Part shown: positions 38,816 to 50,704 of the stretch, one piece after another | Numbering within the stretch: the first letter of the stretch is position 1 | Layout of the letters: each line of letters starts with the position of its first letter | DNA from: the human T2T-CHM13v2.0 reference genome, Homo sapiens | Direction: 5' to 3' (one strand) | Assembly: GCF_009914755.1 (NCBI RefSeq) | Contig: NC_060930.1 | DNA length: 64,000 bases | Notes under the pieces: model-generated | Seen by the model: only the letters and a program-made list of their open reading frames with translations | The model's database searches: none | Told to the model about the DNA's origin: nothing | Made by a program: the position numbers and the translations under genes

Positions 38816-40828
38816 TTCCTGCCTTCTTATATTAATAAGAAAAATAAAACAAAATAGTGTTGAAGTGTTGGGGCGGCGAAAATTTTTGGGGGGTGGTATG
38901 GAGAGAGAATGGGCGATGTTTCTCCAGGCTGCTTCAAGTGGGATTAGGGGCGGCATGGGAACCTAGAGTGGGAGAGATTAAGCTGAAGGGAGGTCTTGTG
39001 GTAAGGGATGATATTGTGGGAATGTTAGAAGAAACATTTGTCGTATAGAATGATTGGTAATGGCCTGGATACGGTTTTGGATGAACTGAGAAACTAAATG
39101 GAATAACAGAAGAAGAAAAACAGGTATAAAAGGTCTAAGAATTGGGACGACTCAGGATATCTGATTAGAGAGTGCCTAAGGAGATTCAGCATAGTCCTGC
39201 CAGCAAAGATTATTTATTTACTTCAAGAGTTAGGAGTGGCAGTTTGGGGATAGCACCAGGAGATATCAGCTGTGATGGCTTGGAAAAACAGTGTAAACCG
39301 GCAGTGTAAACAAGAGCAGGGCATGTATGAGTAGTTGAGAACGGTGAATAGGAGTATGACTAGACAGAAGATAGTAGGGATGACAAGTTTTTTGGGGGGC
39401 ACAGTCTAAGTTGGTCTGGTGTCTGGAATGAGACTGGGGCCTAATAAAAAGGAGCGTCTATACAGGAGCTTAAATGGGCTGTACCCTGTAGCATTCTGAA
39501 AACAGGCCTGAATTCTGAGAAGGGAAAGTGGTAAAAGTATTGTCCAGTCCTTTTTAAGTTGGTGGCTGAGCTTGGTGAGGTGTGTTTTTAAAAGACCTTT
39601 AGTCCATTCTACTTTTCTTGAAGATGGAGGAACGTAAGGGATATAAAGGTTTCACTGAATACTAAGAGCCTGAAAAACTGCTTGGCTGATTTGACTAATA
39701 AAGGCTGGTCTGTTATCAGACTGCATCGAGGTGGGAAGGCTAAACTGAGGAATTATGTCTGACAGAAGGGAAGAAATGACTGCGGTGGCCTTCTCAGACC
39801 CTGTAGGAAAGGCCTCTACCTATCCAGTGAAAGTATCTACCTAGACTAAGAGGTATTTTAGTTATCTGACTCAGGGCATGTTGAGTAAAGCTAATTTGCC
39901 AGTCCTGGGTGGGGCAAATCCTCGAGCTTGATGTGTAGGGAAGGGAGGGGGCCTGAATAATCCCTGAGGAGTAGTAGAATAGCAGATGGAACACTGAGAA
40001 GTTATTTCCTTGAGGATAGATTTCCACGATGGAAAGGAAATGAGAGGTTCTAAGAGGCGGGCTAGTGGCTTGTACTATAGCATAGCCTGCCTTTGCTGGT
40101 GTGTGGCGATTAGGCCTGGTGGAACCGCCATCAATAAATCAAGCGTGATCAGGGTGAGGAACAGGAAAGAAGGAAATATGGGGAAATGGGGTGAATATCA
40201 GGTGGATCAGAGAGATACAGTCATGGGGGTCAGGTGCGGTATCAGGAATAATGTGGGAGGCCAGATTGAAGTCCGGGCCAGGAACAATGGTAATTGTGGG
40301 ACTTAAAGAGTGACTACAGCTGAAGGAGCCGGGGAGCAGAAAGTATATGCGTCAGGTATGAGGAAGAAAATAGATTTTGGAAGTTATGAGAACTGTAGAG
40401 AGTGAGTTGACCATAGTTTGTGATTTTGAGGGCCTCTAAAAGTATTAAAGCAGTGGTAGCCGCTGCACGGAGACATGAGGGCTAGGCTAAAACAGTAAGG
40501 TCAAGTTGTTTGGACAGAAAGGCTACAGGGTGTGGTCCTGGCTCTTGTGTAAGAATTCTGACCGCACTAACCATGCCTAGGAAGGAAAGAAGTTGTTGTT
40601 TTGTAGGAGGTGCTGGAGTTTGAGAGATCAGTCAGACATGATTGGCAGGGAGAGCACGTGTGTTTTTATGAGAATTATGCCGAGATAGGTAACAGATGAG
40701 GAAGAAATTTGGGCTTGATTGAAGTAATGGGGGCTGTCTGTGAAGCTTTGCAGCAGTACAGCCTAGGTAATTTGCTGAGCTTGATGGGTGTCAGGGTCAG
40801 TCCAAGTGAAAGCAAAGAGAGGCTGGGA

Positions 40829-41568
40829 TTAAGGGTGCAAAGGAATAGTAAAGAAAGCATGTTTGAGATCTAGAACAGAATAATAGGTTGTAGAGGCAGG
40901 TATTGAGGATAGGAGAGTATATGGGTTTGGCACCACGGGGTGGATAGGCAAAACAATTTGGTTGATAAGGCGCAGATCCTGAACTAACTTGTAAGGCTTG
41001 TCTGGTTTTAGGACAGGTAAAATGGGGGAATTGTAAGGAGAGTTTATAGGCTTTAAAAGGCCATGCTGTAGCAGGCGAGTGATAACAGGCTTTAATCTTT
41101 TTAAAGCGTGCTGTGGGGTGGAATATTGGTGTTGAGTGGGGTAAGGGTGATTAGGTTTTAATGAAATGGTAAGGGATGCATGATTGGTCACCAAGGAGGG
41201 AGTAGAGGTATCTTATACTTGTGGGTTAAGGTTGGGGGATACAAGAGGAGGATGCAAAGGAGGCTTTGGATTGGGAAGAAGGGCGGCAATGAGATATAGC
41301 TGTAGTCCAGGAATAGTCAGGGAAGCAGATAATTTAAAGTGTCTCAGCCTAATAAGGGAACTGGGCAGGTGGGGATAACTAAAAAGGAGTGCTTAAAAGA
41401 GTATTGTCTAAGTTGGCACCAGAGTTGGGGAGTTTTAAGAGGTTTAGAAGCCTGGCCGTCAATACCCACAACAGTTATGGAGGCAAGGGAAGCAGGCCCT
41501 TGAAAAGAAGGTAATGTGGAGTGGGTAGCCTCCGTATTGATTAAGAAGGGGACGGGCTTACCTTCCAC
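40829..41568 (-). pseudogene. HERV-H pro and RT N-terminal remnants
   Basis: FLINTEATHSTL (protease DTG degenerate to NTE); SPYNSPILPVLKPDKPYKLVQDLR and VLDLKHAFFTIPLHP RT motifs, ending at a stop. Confidence 0.9.
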
Positions 41569-41796
41569 TGTGAGAGTTACCCGAAGCTCGGCGTCCGTGA
41601 TGGTCTAGGGAGCTTCCGAGGCGATCGGGCAGTGTCAGTCTTCAGCCACTAAGCCAAGAAGATCTGGGAAGGAGTCAGTCAGAGAGCCTTGGGCCAGAGT
41701 TCCAGGGGCTCTGGAAGTGGCTGCCAGGTGAGTTGAACCGTCCGATTTTCAGTGGGGTCCCACACAGATGGGATGCGGCTTAGGAGGAATCCCGGG

Positions 41797-42860
41797 CTAC
41801 GGGCATTCCTTGGCCCAGTGGCCAGATTTCTGGCACATGTAGCAAGCTCCTGGGGGAGGAGGTTCTGGAGGAATGCCTGGCCGCTGTGATTCAGGCGTTT
41901 GGAAGTTCTTGTGTGCTAGAGATGTGGCTGGGGTTTGTCTCACAGTGGAGGCAAGGAATTGCAACTTTTTTCTATTATTGTACACCTTGAAGGCGAGGTT
42001 AATTAAATCCTGTTGTGGGGTTTGAGGGCCGGAATTTAATTTTTGGAGTTTTATTTAATGTCAGGAGCAGATTGGGTAATAAAATGTATTTTGAGAATAA
42101 GACGGCCTTTTGACCTTTTAGGGTCTAGGGCTGTAAAGTGTCTCAGGGTTGCTGCCAAACAAGTCATGAACTGGGCTGGATTTTTATATTTGATGAAAAA
42201 GAGCCTAAACGCTATCTGATTTGGGATAAAGAAAAAGGAGCATTAACCTTGACTATGCCTTTAGCTCCAGCCACCTTTTTAAGAGTAAATTGCTGGGCGG
42301 GAGGGGGAGGGCTAGTCACGGAACGAAACTGTAAGCCGGACCAGGTGTGAGGAGGGGAGGTGATAAAAAGATTATAGGGTGGAGGAGCAGAGGCTGAGGA
42401 AGAATTGGGACCTAGCTCGGCCTGGCGAGGAGCAGCCTGGGGAGGAAGGGAGAGGTCAGATGGGTCTGTAGAAAAGGAAGATTAGAAAGACTCAGTGACG
42501 CTTGGGGTTGGTACTGAGGGGACAGGTGGGAGGGAAAGAAGGAAGATTTGGGATGAGTTGCACTGGGCCCAGAGACTAGGAAGGGACTGATATGTAAAAG
42601 AATGCCTGGACGTCAGGCACCTCAGACTGTTTGCCTATTTTACGACAAGAATTATTTAGATTTTGCAGGATGGAAAAATTCAAAGTTCAATTTTCTGGCT
42701 ATTTGGAACTACTGTCGAGTTTGTATCAGGGTCAAGTGGTATTGCAGAAGAAAATAAGGCATTTAGGTTTTAGGTCAGGTGTGAGTTAAAGAGGTTTTAA
42801 GTTTTTGAGAACACAGGCCAAGGGAGTAGAAGGAGGAATGGAGGGTAGAAGGTTGCCCAT
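41797..42860 (-). pseudogene. HERV-H gag remnant
   Basis: MGNL start at 42860 with TAA after 24 codons; CCHC knuckle CYMCQKSGHWAKEC near 41800-41845. Confidence 0.85.
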
Positions 42861-42944
42861 AGTGAAGGAAGCAAGCCTAGAGAAAAGGGAGAGTAGAGAA
42901 ACGAAGGGAAGGGGTTTGGGGGTTCTTACCTTCCAGAAAAGTGG

Positions 42945-43390
42945 GAAAAGGGGTTGGGGTGCAGAGATAAGAGGTTGGGGCATGGAAATAAGGGATGGGG
43001 CGCAGAAATAAGGGGTCGGGGCACGGAAATAAGGGATTGGGGCACAGAGATAAGAGGTCGGGGCACGGAAATAAGGGATTGGGGCACAGAGATATGAGGT
43101 TGGGGTACTTGCCCCTCCTCTAGAAAAGCGGGACTTGCCACTAAGAGTGAAGGAGAAGGGGTTGAGGGGTACTTGCCCCTCTCCCAGAAAAGCGGGACTT
43201 GCCGCTAACAGTGAAGGAGAAGGGGTTGAGGGGTACTTGCCCCTCTCCCAGAAAAGCAGAGAAGGGTAGAGACAAGGAGAGAAGGGGTTGGGGTACTTGC
43301 CCTGTCCCCGGAAAAGCAGAGAAGGGGTAGGGACAAGGAGAGAAGGGGTTGAGGTACTTGCCCCTTCCCCAGAAAAGTGGGACTTGCCGA
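42945..43390. repeat. HERV-H leader tandem repeats (~60-64 bp x5, plus ~20/41 bp GGGGCAC-type units)
   Basis: GTACTTGCCC recurs at 43105, 43169, 43233, 43293 and 43354; GGGGCACGGAAATAAGGGATTGGGGCACAGAGATA is duplicated within 43018-43095. Confidence 0.9.
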
Positions 43391-43808
43391 TAAGGGTGAA
43401 GGACCAAGGCAGGCGTCCCTGCGTGGTCTGACACTCTTGAAACGTGGGTGTATAATCAGAGAGGTGTCCCTGCAATGATTAAACACCAAGGGAAAGCTGC
43501 CTTCCCAGTCCGTGACTGGCACCGGAGTTTTGGGTCCATGGATAAAATGTGTCTCCTTTGTCTCTCCCAGAAAATGAAAGGAATTGAAATTAAGAGAAGG
43601 GAGAGATTGAAGAGTGGAAAGGAGAAAGTGGTTGAGGGACAGTGAGAGAGGTTGGAGAGGAGAGTAAGAAGAGGCCGCTTACCTGATTTAAAATTGGTGA
43701 GATGTTCCTTGGGCTGGTGGGTCTGAGGACCTGAGGTCGTAGGTGGATCTTTCTCACGGAGCAAAGAACAGGAGGACAGGGGATTGATCTCCCAAGGGAG
43801 GTCCCCCG

Positions 43809-43826
43809 ATCCAAGTCACGGCACCA
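43809..43826 (-). other. Primer binding site (tRNA-His)
   Basis: TGGTGCCGTGACTTGGAT, one mismatch from the recalled HERV-H PBS TGGTGCCGTGACTCGGAT, 2 nt after the LTR end. Confidence 0.93.
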
Positions 43827-43828
43827 AA

Positions 43829-44280
43829 TTTCATGCGCGTCCGTGTGAAGATACCACCAAACAGGCTTTGTGTGAGCAACATGGCTGTTTATTTCACCTG
43901 GGTGCAGGCAGGCTGAGTCCGAAAAGAGAGTCAGCGAAGGGAGATAGGGGTGGGGCCGTTTTATAGGATTTGGGTAGGTAAAGGAAAATTACAGTCAAAG
44001 GGGGGTTCTCTGGCGGGCAGGAGTGGGGGTCGCAAGGTGCTCAGTGGGGGTGCTTTTTGAGCCAGGATGAGCCAGGAAAAGGACTTTCACAAGGTAATGT
44101 CATCACTTAAGGCAAGGACCGGCCATTTACACTTCTTTTGTGGTGGAATGTCATCAGTTAAGGTGAGGCAGGACATATTCACTTCTTTTGTGATTCTTCA
44201 GTTACTTCAGGCCATCTGGGCGTATATACGTGCAAGTCACAGGGGATGTGATGGCTTGGCTTGGGCTCAGAGGCCTGACA
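43829..44280 (-). promoter_or_regulatory. 5' LTR (LTR7) promoter
   Basis: TATA-like CCTATAAAA, CCCCACCCC box, two ACAAAAGA motifs (44134-41, 44184-91); downstream donor ATCAG|GTAAGC with GT at 43681-82. Confidence 0.92.
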
Positions 44281-46169
44281 GTTAAGGCCACAATTCACAA
44301 ACACATGCTTTGTATGTTCAACAATCTCAGAGAAAATGGGGCCTCCAGGTTTGGGGTTTCTTACAAAAACAGCTCTTCTGCAATGACTTAGGGTTCCATG
44401 TGGTTGTGATATTCCCAGGATGAGGGACTAAGTCAATCCTGATGAAACTTTAAAAGATGCCACCAAGTCTAAGTGTTTCAAAGCCAACACTTCAACTGCT
44501 AAATCATTCCCTCTGTTTTAAGCAGTGATTATTTGATTGGCAAGGTGGGGGTGGAGAGAACTCCTTCACTAGTAATGCATATGGACATGTCATCTCAATG
44601 ATTGCGTATGAAAGAGGATGGGATCTGGAGAAAACCTCCTGATTCATTCAGACACACAAATCATCCAAAGGAGGGGGTTACACCATTTTCTCTTGAACTA
44701 AAGTAGGAAGTTTCCTGTGCCATAATTGTATTTGTTATAGTGCGATGATCAAAGTCAATAAATTCCTCCATCTATTCCCATTCAGGGAAACCATATGGCA
44801 TTACTAGGAGAATCACATGTAGTGCTGGTTTGTCGTATACATGATTAAATACCCATGGGGGAAGGAAACACTGGGGAGGGCAAAACTATTTAAAGGAAGA
44901 GACTAAAAGCATAAACTCCAAGATACATGTGAATACATATTCTACTTCTGTAAGCTCTAAAGTGGTAGATCTATACAGAAAACATACTGCAATATGACCA
45001 TGAAAGGAAAAGAAGATAGATTCCTAAAAAAGAAAAAAAAGAAGATGATTTATCTCAGCAGCTGTAGAAATCATTTAGGTCTTCATCAGAAGTTAGGGGT
45101 TCTAGGAGGCAGATATATCCATTCTGAAGTCTACTGGTTATCAAAGACAGTCCTAACAGTTCTATCCTATTTTATTGCAAGGAAAATGTCACAATTTAGT
45201 GAAAAACAAGGAGGTAGCATTTTCTTACCTTTCAGATTGGTGAAGATTAAAATGTCTGATAATTCCCCAAATCAGCATGAATATGTATAAACCGGTATTG
45301 TTGGAGAGAATAAGTTTTCAGAAACGCAGCTTGACTACATTCATCAAAATTTCTAATTTATATAAACAATGGCCCCACAAGTCCTTGGCTAGGAATCTAT
45401 CTTAAAGAGCAAGCACAAGATATGAAAAATATCTGCCAATGAGTATCTATTGTAACATTTTTTATTTTAGCAGAACGTAGAAGAAATCTGAATATCTCAC
45501 AGTATAGGAGTGCCTAAATCAATTAGAATAATCAATGCAATAGAAGAATATGCAGCCAATAAGAAGAAAAAAGAAAGTAAACCTGACTTTCCAGTGTCCA
45601 TGGTTTTTTTTTAGTCATAGAATATGAGTCTACTTGGATAAAAAGAAAAAAAGAGAAAAGAAAACTTTTAAAGCATAGGCATACCTGATCAATGTTTGTT
45701 TATACTGTACATTAAAGACTTTTGGAAATTTACATAAGAAATTATGTCTGTTGAGTGATACTAAGTAATATGAATAAGAAGTGGAAACTTGAAGGGAAAA
45801 CAACTTTTGCTTTTCATTTTATACCCTTTGTTCTGTTTGACTTTAAATGAGTGTATATACTCATACAATTTTTGAAAGCTAACTTATAAGACATCAATTG
45901 TAGCTCAAAATTTTCTTATTTACTCTGCCTTTATTGAAGTACAATTTAAATATAATAAAATTCACCAATTTTAAGTGAATAATTCAATTAAGTATGACAA
46001 ATGTATAGTCATGTAACCACTATCATTATCATAATATAGAATGTTTCCATCATCCCTTTACTTTTATCCTATCTGTGTCTTCATATAAAGTGGCTTTCAG
46101 CACAAAATTAAGTTTTGCTTCTCTTAATTCAATGACAATCTTTGACTTTTAATTGGAGTATTTAGACCT

Positions 46170-46240
46170 AAATTGTACAATATGATAGTCACTAGCCACA
46201 TGTGGCTATGGAGCAATGAAATACAACTAGTATAAATTGC
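46170..46240. mobile_element. MER3/MER33-like hAT fragment
   Basis: CAATATGATAGTCACTAGCCACATGTGGCTATGGAGCA terminus motif. Confidence 0.7.
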
Positions 46241-46243
46241 AAT

Positions 46244-46566
46244 GTGATCAATTTTTTTAGATTCCACATATGAGATCTCATCAAAACAGAACTGAAAGGT
46301 GGTTACCAGAGGCTCAGGGGAAGGGAGGATGGGGAAAGAAAAGATGTTGATCAAAGGGTACAAAGTTTCAGTTAGAGTGGAGAAGTAAGTTTTAGTGATC
46401 TATTGCACTGCATGGTGACTACAGTTAATAATAATGTAATGCATATTTCAAAATTGCTAAAATAGATGTTTACCATTCTCACCACAAAAAAAATAAGTTG
46501 ATGGACATGTTAATTAGCTTGATTCAATCTTTCAATAGTTTATACATAGATCAAAACATCACATTG
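46244..46566 (+). mobile_element. L1MA (MA6/7-like) 3' UTR with ~30 bp 5' inversion
   Basis: Antisense TTTTTAGATTCCACATATGAG then sense GGTGGTTACCAGAGGC...GATCTATTGCAC...TCAAAACATCACATTG. Confidence 0.8.
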
Positions 46567-47540
46567 AGAGGAGGTGGAGCAAATTGGCTGAATAGAAGCC
46601 TCCACTGATCCTCCTCCCCACAGGAACACAAAATTTAATAACAATCTACACACACAAAAAAAGACACTTTCATGAGAACCAAAACTCAAATGAGTGCTCA
46701 CAGTACTTGGTTTTAACTTCATATTGCTGAAAAAGGCACTGAAGAGGGTAGGAAAGGCAGTCTTGAATCACTGACACTGCCCCTCTCCCAACCCTCAGCA
46801 GCAGTTGCATGTTGCAGAGAGAGAATCTGACTGCTTGGGGAGGGAGAACGCAGGAATTGTGGGACTTTTCATTGGTACACAGTGCTGCCAATACCATGCA
46901 GAACTCAACTGGTGCCCACAGAGGGAACATTTAAACCAGCCCTAGACAGAGGGGAATCACGCATCCCAGCAGTCAAAACTTGAGTTTCAGCAAGCCTCAC
47001 CACTGCAGGCTAAAGTGCTCTAAGGTCCTTAATAAACATGGAAGAAGTTGAGGCCAAAAGGACTGCAACTCCTAGGCAAGTCCTAGTGCTTGTGCTGGGC
47101 TTTGAGCCAGTGGACTTTGGGGGCACATGACCTAGTGAGACACCAGCAGGGGCAGCTAAGGGAGTGTTTGTGCCACCCCTCTCCCAACTCCAGGCAGTGC
47201 AGCTTGCAGCTCCAAAAGAGATCCCTTCCTTCTGTTTAAAAGAGGAGAGGGAAGAGTAAAGAAGACTTTGTCTCGAACTTGGAAACCAGCTCAGCTGCAC
47301 TATGATAGCACACTGGGTAGACTCTTGAGGCCTCCATTTCAGGCCCTAGCTCCCAGATGACATTTCCTGACACACCCTGGGCCAGAAAGTAACCTGCTAC
47401 CTTAAGGGGAAAGACCCAGTCCTGGCAGGATTCATCACCTGCTGACTGAAGAGTCCTTGGGTCCTGAATAATCAACAGTGGTAGCCAGGTAGTACACAGT
47501 ATGGGCCTTGAGTGAGACTCTAAGATGTGCTGGCGTCAAG
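46567..47540 (+). mobile_element. L1M1/L1M2-type 5' UTR only
   Basis: GAGGAGGTGGAGCAAATTGGCTGAATAGAAGCCTCCACTGATC start; CATGACCTAGTGAGACACCAGC and GGATTCATCACCTGCTGACT blocks. Confidence 0.75.
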
Positions 47541-49160
47541 TGTAGTGTAGATCTGCTGTTAGTAACTTCTTTTAACTTTGTATGTCTGAAAAAGTCTTTA
47601 TCATTGTGTTCTTGAGTAATCTTTTCACTGGCAAAGAATTTGGGGTTGACCATTTTTTCTTTCAATTTAAAGACATTGCTCCACTGTCTCCTGGCTTGCA
47701 TTGTTTCCAATGATAAATTAGTGGTCACGCTTATCTTTGTTTTTCTGTATTTAATAGGTCTTTTTTCTACAAACGACTTTTAATAATTTTGATTTATTGC
47801 TGGTTTTGAGTAACTTAATGTGATTATAATGTGCCCTAGTGTGGTTGTCTTCATATTTCTTCTACTTGAGATTCATTGAGCTTCTTAGACCTATGATTTA
47901 CAGTTTTCAGCAAACGTAGAGAGATTTTAGCAATTATTACTTTAAATAATTGTTCTGTCATCCAGTTATTTGGGAGTCCAATTACACCTATGTTGGATAG
48001 CTCAATTTTTTTTTATACTGTGTTCCATGGGAGACTAATGCTTTGTTTACTTTGTAAAGTCATTTTTCTTCCTGTGCTTCATTTTGGATAGACTTTATTA
48101 TGTCTTTGAGTTCACTAATTTTTTTCTTCTATGGTGTCTAACATGCAGTAATTACTTCCACTGTACTTTCTATTTCAAATTTTTTTATCTTTCAACTGTA
48201 GAAAATCCACTTTTGGGTTTTTATATTTTCCATTTCTTTCCATATTGCATTTGTATTATCCTTAATCTTTTTAAATAGATAGAGCATATTTATAATAGCA
48301 GTTTTAGTGTCTTTATCTGCTAAGTCTATCTTCTGCATGATTTCTGAGTGTGTTTTTAATGATTGATTTATTTTCTCCTTATGAGTCACATTTTCCAGTT
48401 TCTTTGAATGTCTGATAATCTTTTGTTTGCATGACAGACCTAGAAAACATTATGTTGTTGGTTGCTGGATTTTTAAATATTCTTTTAGTATTGTAAAGCT
48501 TTTTCTGTGACAGCTACTGTGAATCAGTTTAGTTACAGTGAATTAGTTTGATTCTATCAATATTTGCTTTTATTACATGTTAGAATAGGTCTAGAGCCAT
48601 TTTACTCAGGAGTTAATCTGGCTCTTTCTAAGGAATTTATCTAATGCCCATGTATCAGGAGATCTTTCCACTGTGGCTGGTAGGAACATGAACTATTCCC
48701 AGACTGTCTAAGCTCCAAGATTGTTCTACCTGTTCTTTGCAGCGATTCCTTCCTCAGCCTGGAATCATTTTCTTCTGTGCATACTCAGAAAAGTATTCCA
48801 TCAAATGCTTGAGGAAACCCTTCTGCAAATCTCTGAAATTCCTTCTCACTCTCTTACTCAATTCTCTAATTTTGTTCTGCAATTTCTAGCCAGTTTGACC
48901 TTCATGAACTACAAAATCTGTCTTCTGGATAATTCAGCAAATTATCTAGGCCTTATTTGAGTTTTCTTTCCTGGATTGCAGCCTAGATACCCTCCCAAAC
49001 AGTTAATTGTAGAAATCATAGAGTTCTCCTTGTTTCCTTTGTCTTGGGCACTGTCCCGAGCTATCTGCTGACCATGTTTGAAAACCATAGTTTCATATAT
49101 ATTCTTGGTTTTCTAGTTGTTTATGATGGAATGTATATCCAGTCCCTGTTACTCTATAAC
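47541..49160 (-). mobile_element. Old L1M ORF1/5' region
   Basis: ORF1-like peptides LSLETMQARRQWSNVFKL (47435-47728) and DLADKDTKTAIINML (48192-48389). Confidence 0.75.
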
Positions 49161-49379
49161 AGCCCATACAAAAATTTATAATTTGTAAATAAAAGAAATA
49201 CAGAATACTGATAACACCAAAACTAGTTTACTTTTTTATGAGACTCTAGACTTAGGTTACCTTCTGGTCATTTTTCTAAAAATCACTTATTATAGTTCTT
49301 TAGAATAACAATTAATATATACAAACTTATAGAAGAGAATATTATATCTTTTCTTCACCCCATATCTCACCATCATCCT

Positions 49380-49737
49380 TGTATTAGTCCATTCTCATGC
49401 TGCTAGGAAGAAATACCCAAGACTGGGTAATTTATAAAGAAAAGAGGTTTAATTGACTTACAGTTCTGCATGGCTGGGGAGACCTGAGGAAACTTACAAT
49501 CATGGTGGAAGGCACCTGTTCACAGGGCGGCAGGAGAGAGAATGACTGCCAACAGAGAAAATGCCAGATGCTTATAAAACCATCAGATCTCGTGAGAACT
49601 CACTCGCTATCATGAGAACAGCATGGGGAAACCACCCCCATGATTCAGTTACCTCCCGTTGTGTTTCTCCCATGACATGTGGAGATTATGGGAACTGAAA
49701 GATGAGATTTGTGTGGGGACGCAGCCAAACCATTTCA
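49380..49737 (-). mobile_element. THE1 (THE1C-like) solo LTR
   Basis: TGTATTAGTCCATTCTCATGCTGCT...AAAACCATCAGATCTCGTGAGAACTCACT...CAGCCAAACCATTTCA; TSD ATCCT/ATTCT (4 of 5). Confidence 0.93.
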
Positions 49738-49809
49738 ATTCTGGATAGAAACAGTATCTACAGACAATTGCTACAACCCTATTTTCACAGTTCTTCAAAG
49801 TGCTGATTA

Positions 49810-50250
49810 TTTTTTGTTCACCCCAGGTCTGTTCTTTATGCTTCTCTTCTTCTTTCTGCCTTCCAGTTAGTTTTAACCAATAGAAGGCCCTACCAGGAGG
49901 TCCAAGGGTAGTAGCCAATGATCCCATCCCCACACGTTCTTTTCTAGCCAAAGTCTTAGTAATAGCTGCATTCATCTATTTATGGCCAGAGCTCCTAGGA
50001 GCACTCCCTTTCCCATAGCTACCACACTTGCCAGGTTCTAAAACACTACTCTCTCTACTTGATTCTTCAGGCCTAGGGGATAAAAATGACTTGGCCTGAA
50101 AATCACATCCATTACTGTGATTTTCTGGGTTTATCATTAGTTTTTGTTTTGCCCTACCCTCACCTCTATAAACAACTCAAAAAAAAAAATGCTCTCTTCA
50201 GCTATTTTTTTAGTGGATCATTTGTTTCCTGCTGGGGACTATGTGACCCC
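49810..50250 (+). mobile_element. ERVL LTR33-like relic
   Basis: CTTCCAGTTAGTTTTAACCAATAGAAGG...TTCAGGCCTAGGGG...CTCTCTTCA...CATTTGTTTCCTGCTGGGGAC. Confidence 0.6.
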
Positions 50251-50598
50251 AGGCCACATTGTTCATGATCCACCTCTGAAATCATAAACCTAACATCCCA
50301 GTCTCTGACCACAATTTCCTATCCTTTCAGTTCTCTACTTCCCAGACTTTTAATCTGCCTGTTCTTTCTTGAATCCCTTGTCCAGTCTCTCCATCTCCTG
50401 CTCCTGTTTCTCCCAATCTTTCATCACTTTCTGGCTTTATTTTCTTCCCAATCCAGCCTACATTCTACAGCTGTTCATGTCACCCTCTCTTATGCCACTC
50501 CTTGATAGTTCTCTCTGTTTCAGTGAGTTCTGACTCAGCTTGGTTATCAAGATTTTAGAATAATCTGGGCCTTTATTTATAAAGAGCTGGATATTAGT

Positions 50599-50704
50599 AG
50601 GATAACCATTGACCAACCAGGTTGCTTTTGAGAGTGAAAAGAGCTCTTAATTATTGTACCAGGACAACAGGACAGTCCCAGATAAACTGGGCATATGACC
50701 ACCT
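50599..50704 (-). mobile_element. MER94-like hAT-Blackjack MITE
   Basis: TTTTGAGAGTGAAA...CAGGACAACAGG...GTCCCAGATAAACTGGGCATATG with degenerate AGGGTGACCAT-type ends. Confidence 0.7.

Larger units (their letters stand above)
38363..44280 (-). mobile_element. HERV-H provirus (common ~5.9 kb deleted type) with two LTR7
   Basis: Two ~452 bp LTRs, 5-bp TSD GTTAA (38358-62 and 44281-85), tRNA-His PBS, PPT, and gag/pro/pol/env remnants. Confidence 0.98.

Noticed and set aside
42945-43390. Regularly spaced repeats resembling a CRISPR array
   Set aside because: The units repeat along their whole length with no unique spacers. They are the HERV-H leader repeats in eukaryotic DNA.
38363-44280. Assigning the HERV-H to a named lncRNA locus (ESRG, LINC-ROR, etc.)
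   Set aside because: HERV-H copies are near-identical and I do not recognise the unique flanks; this needs genome mapping.
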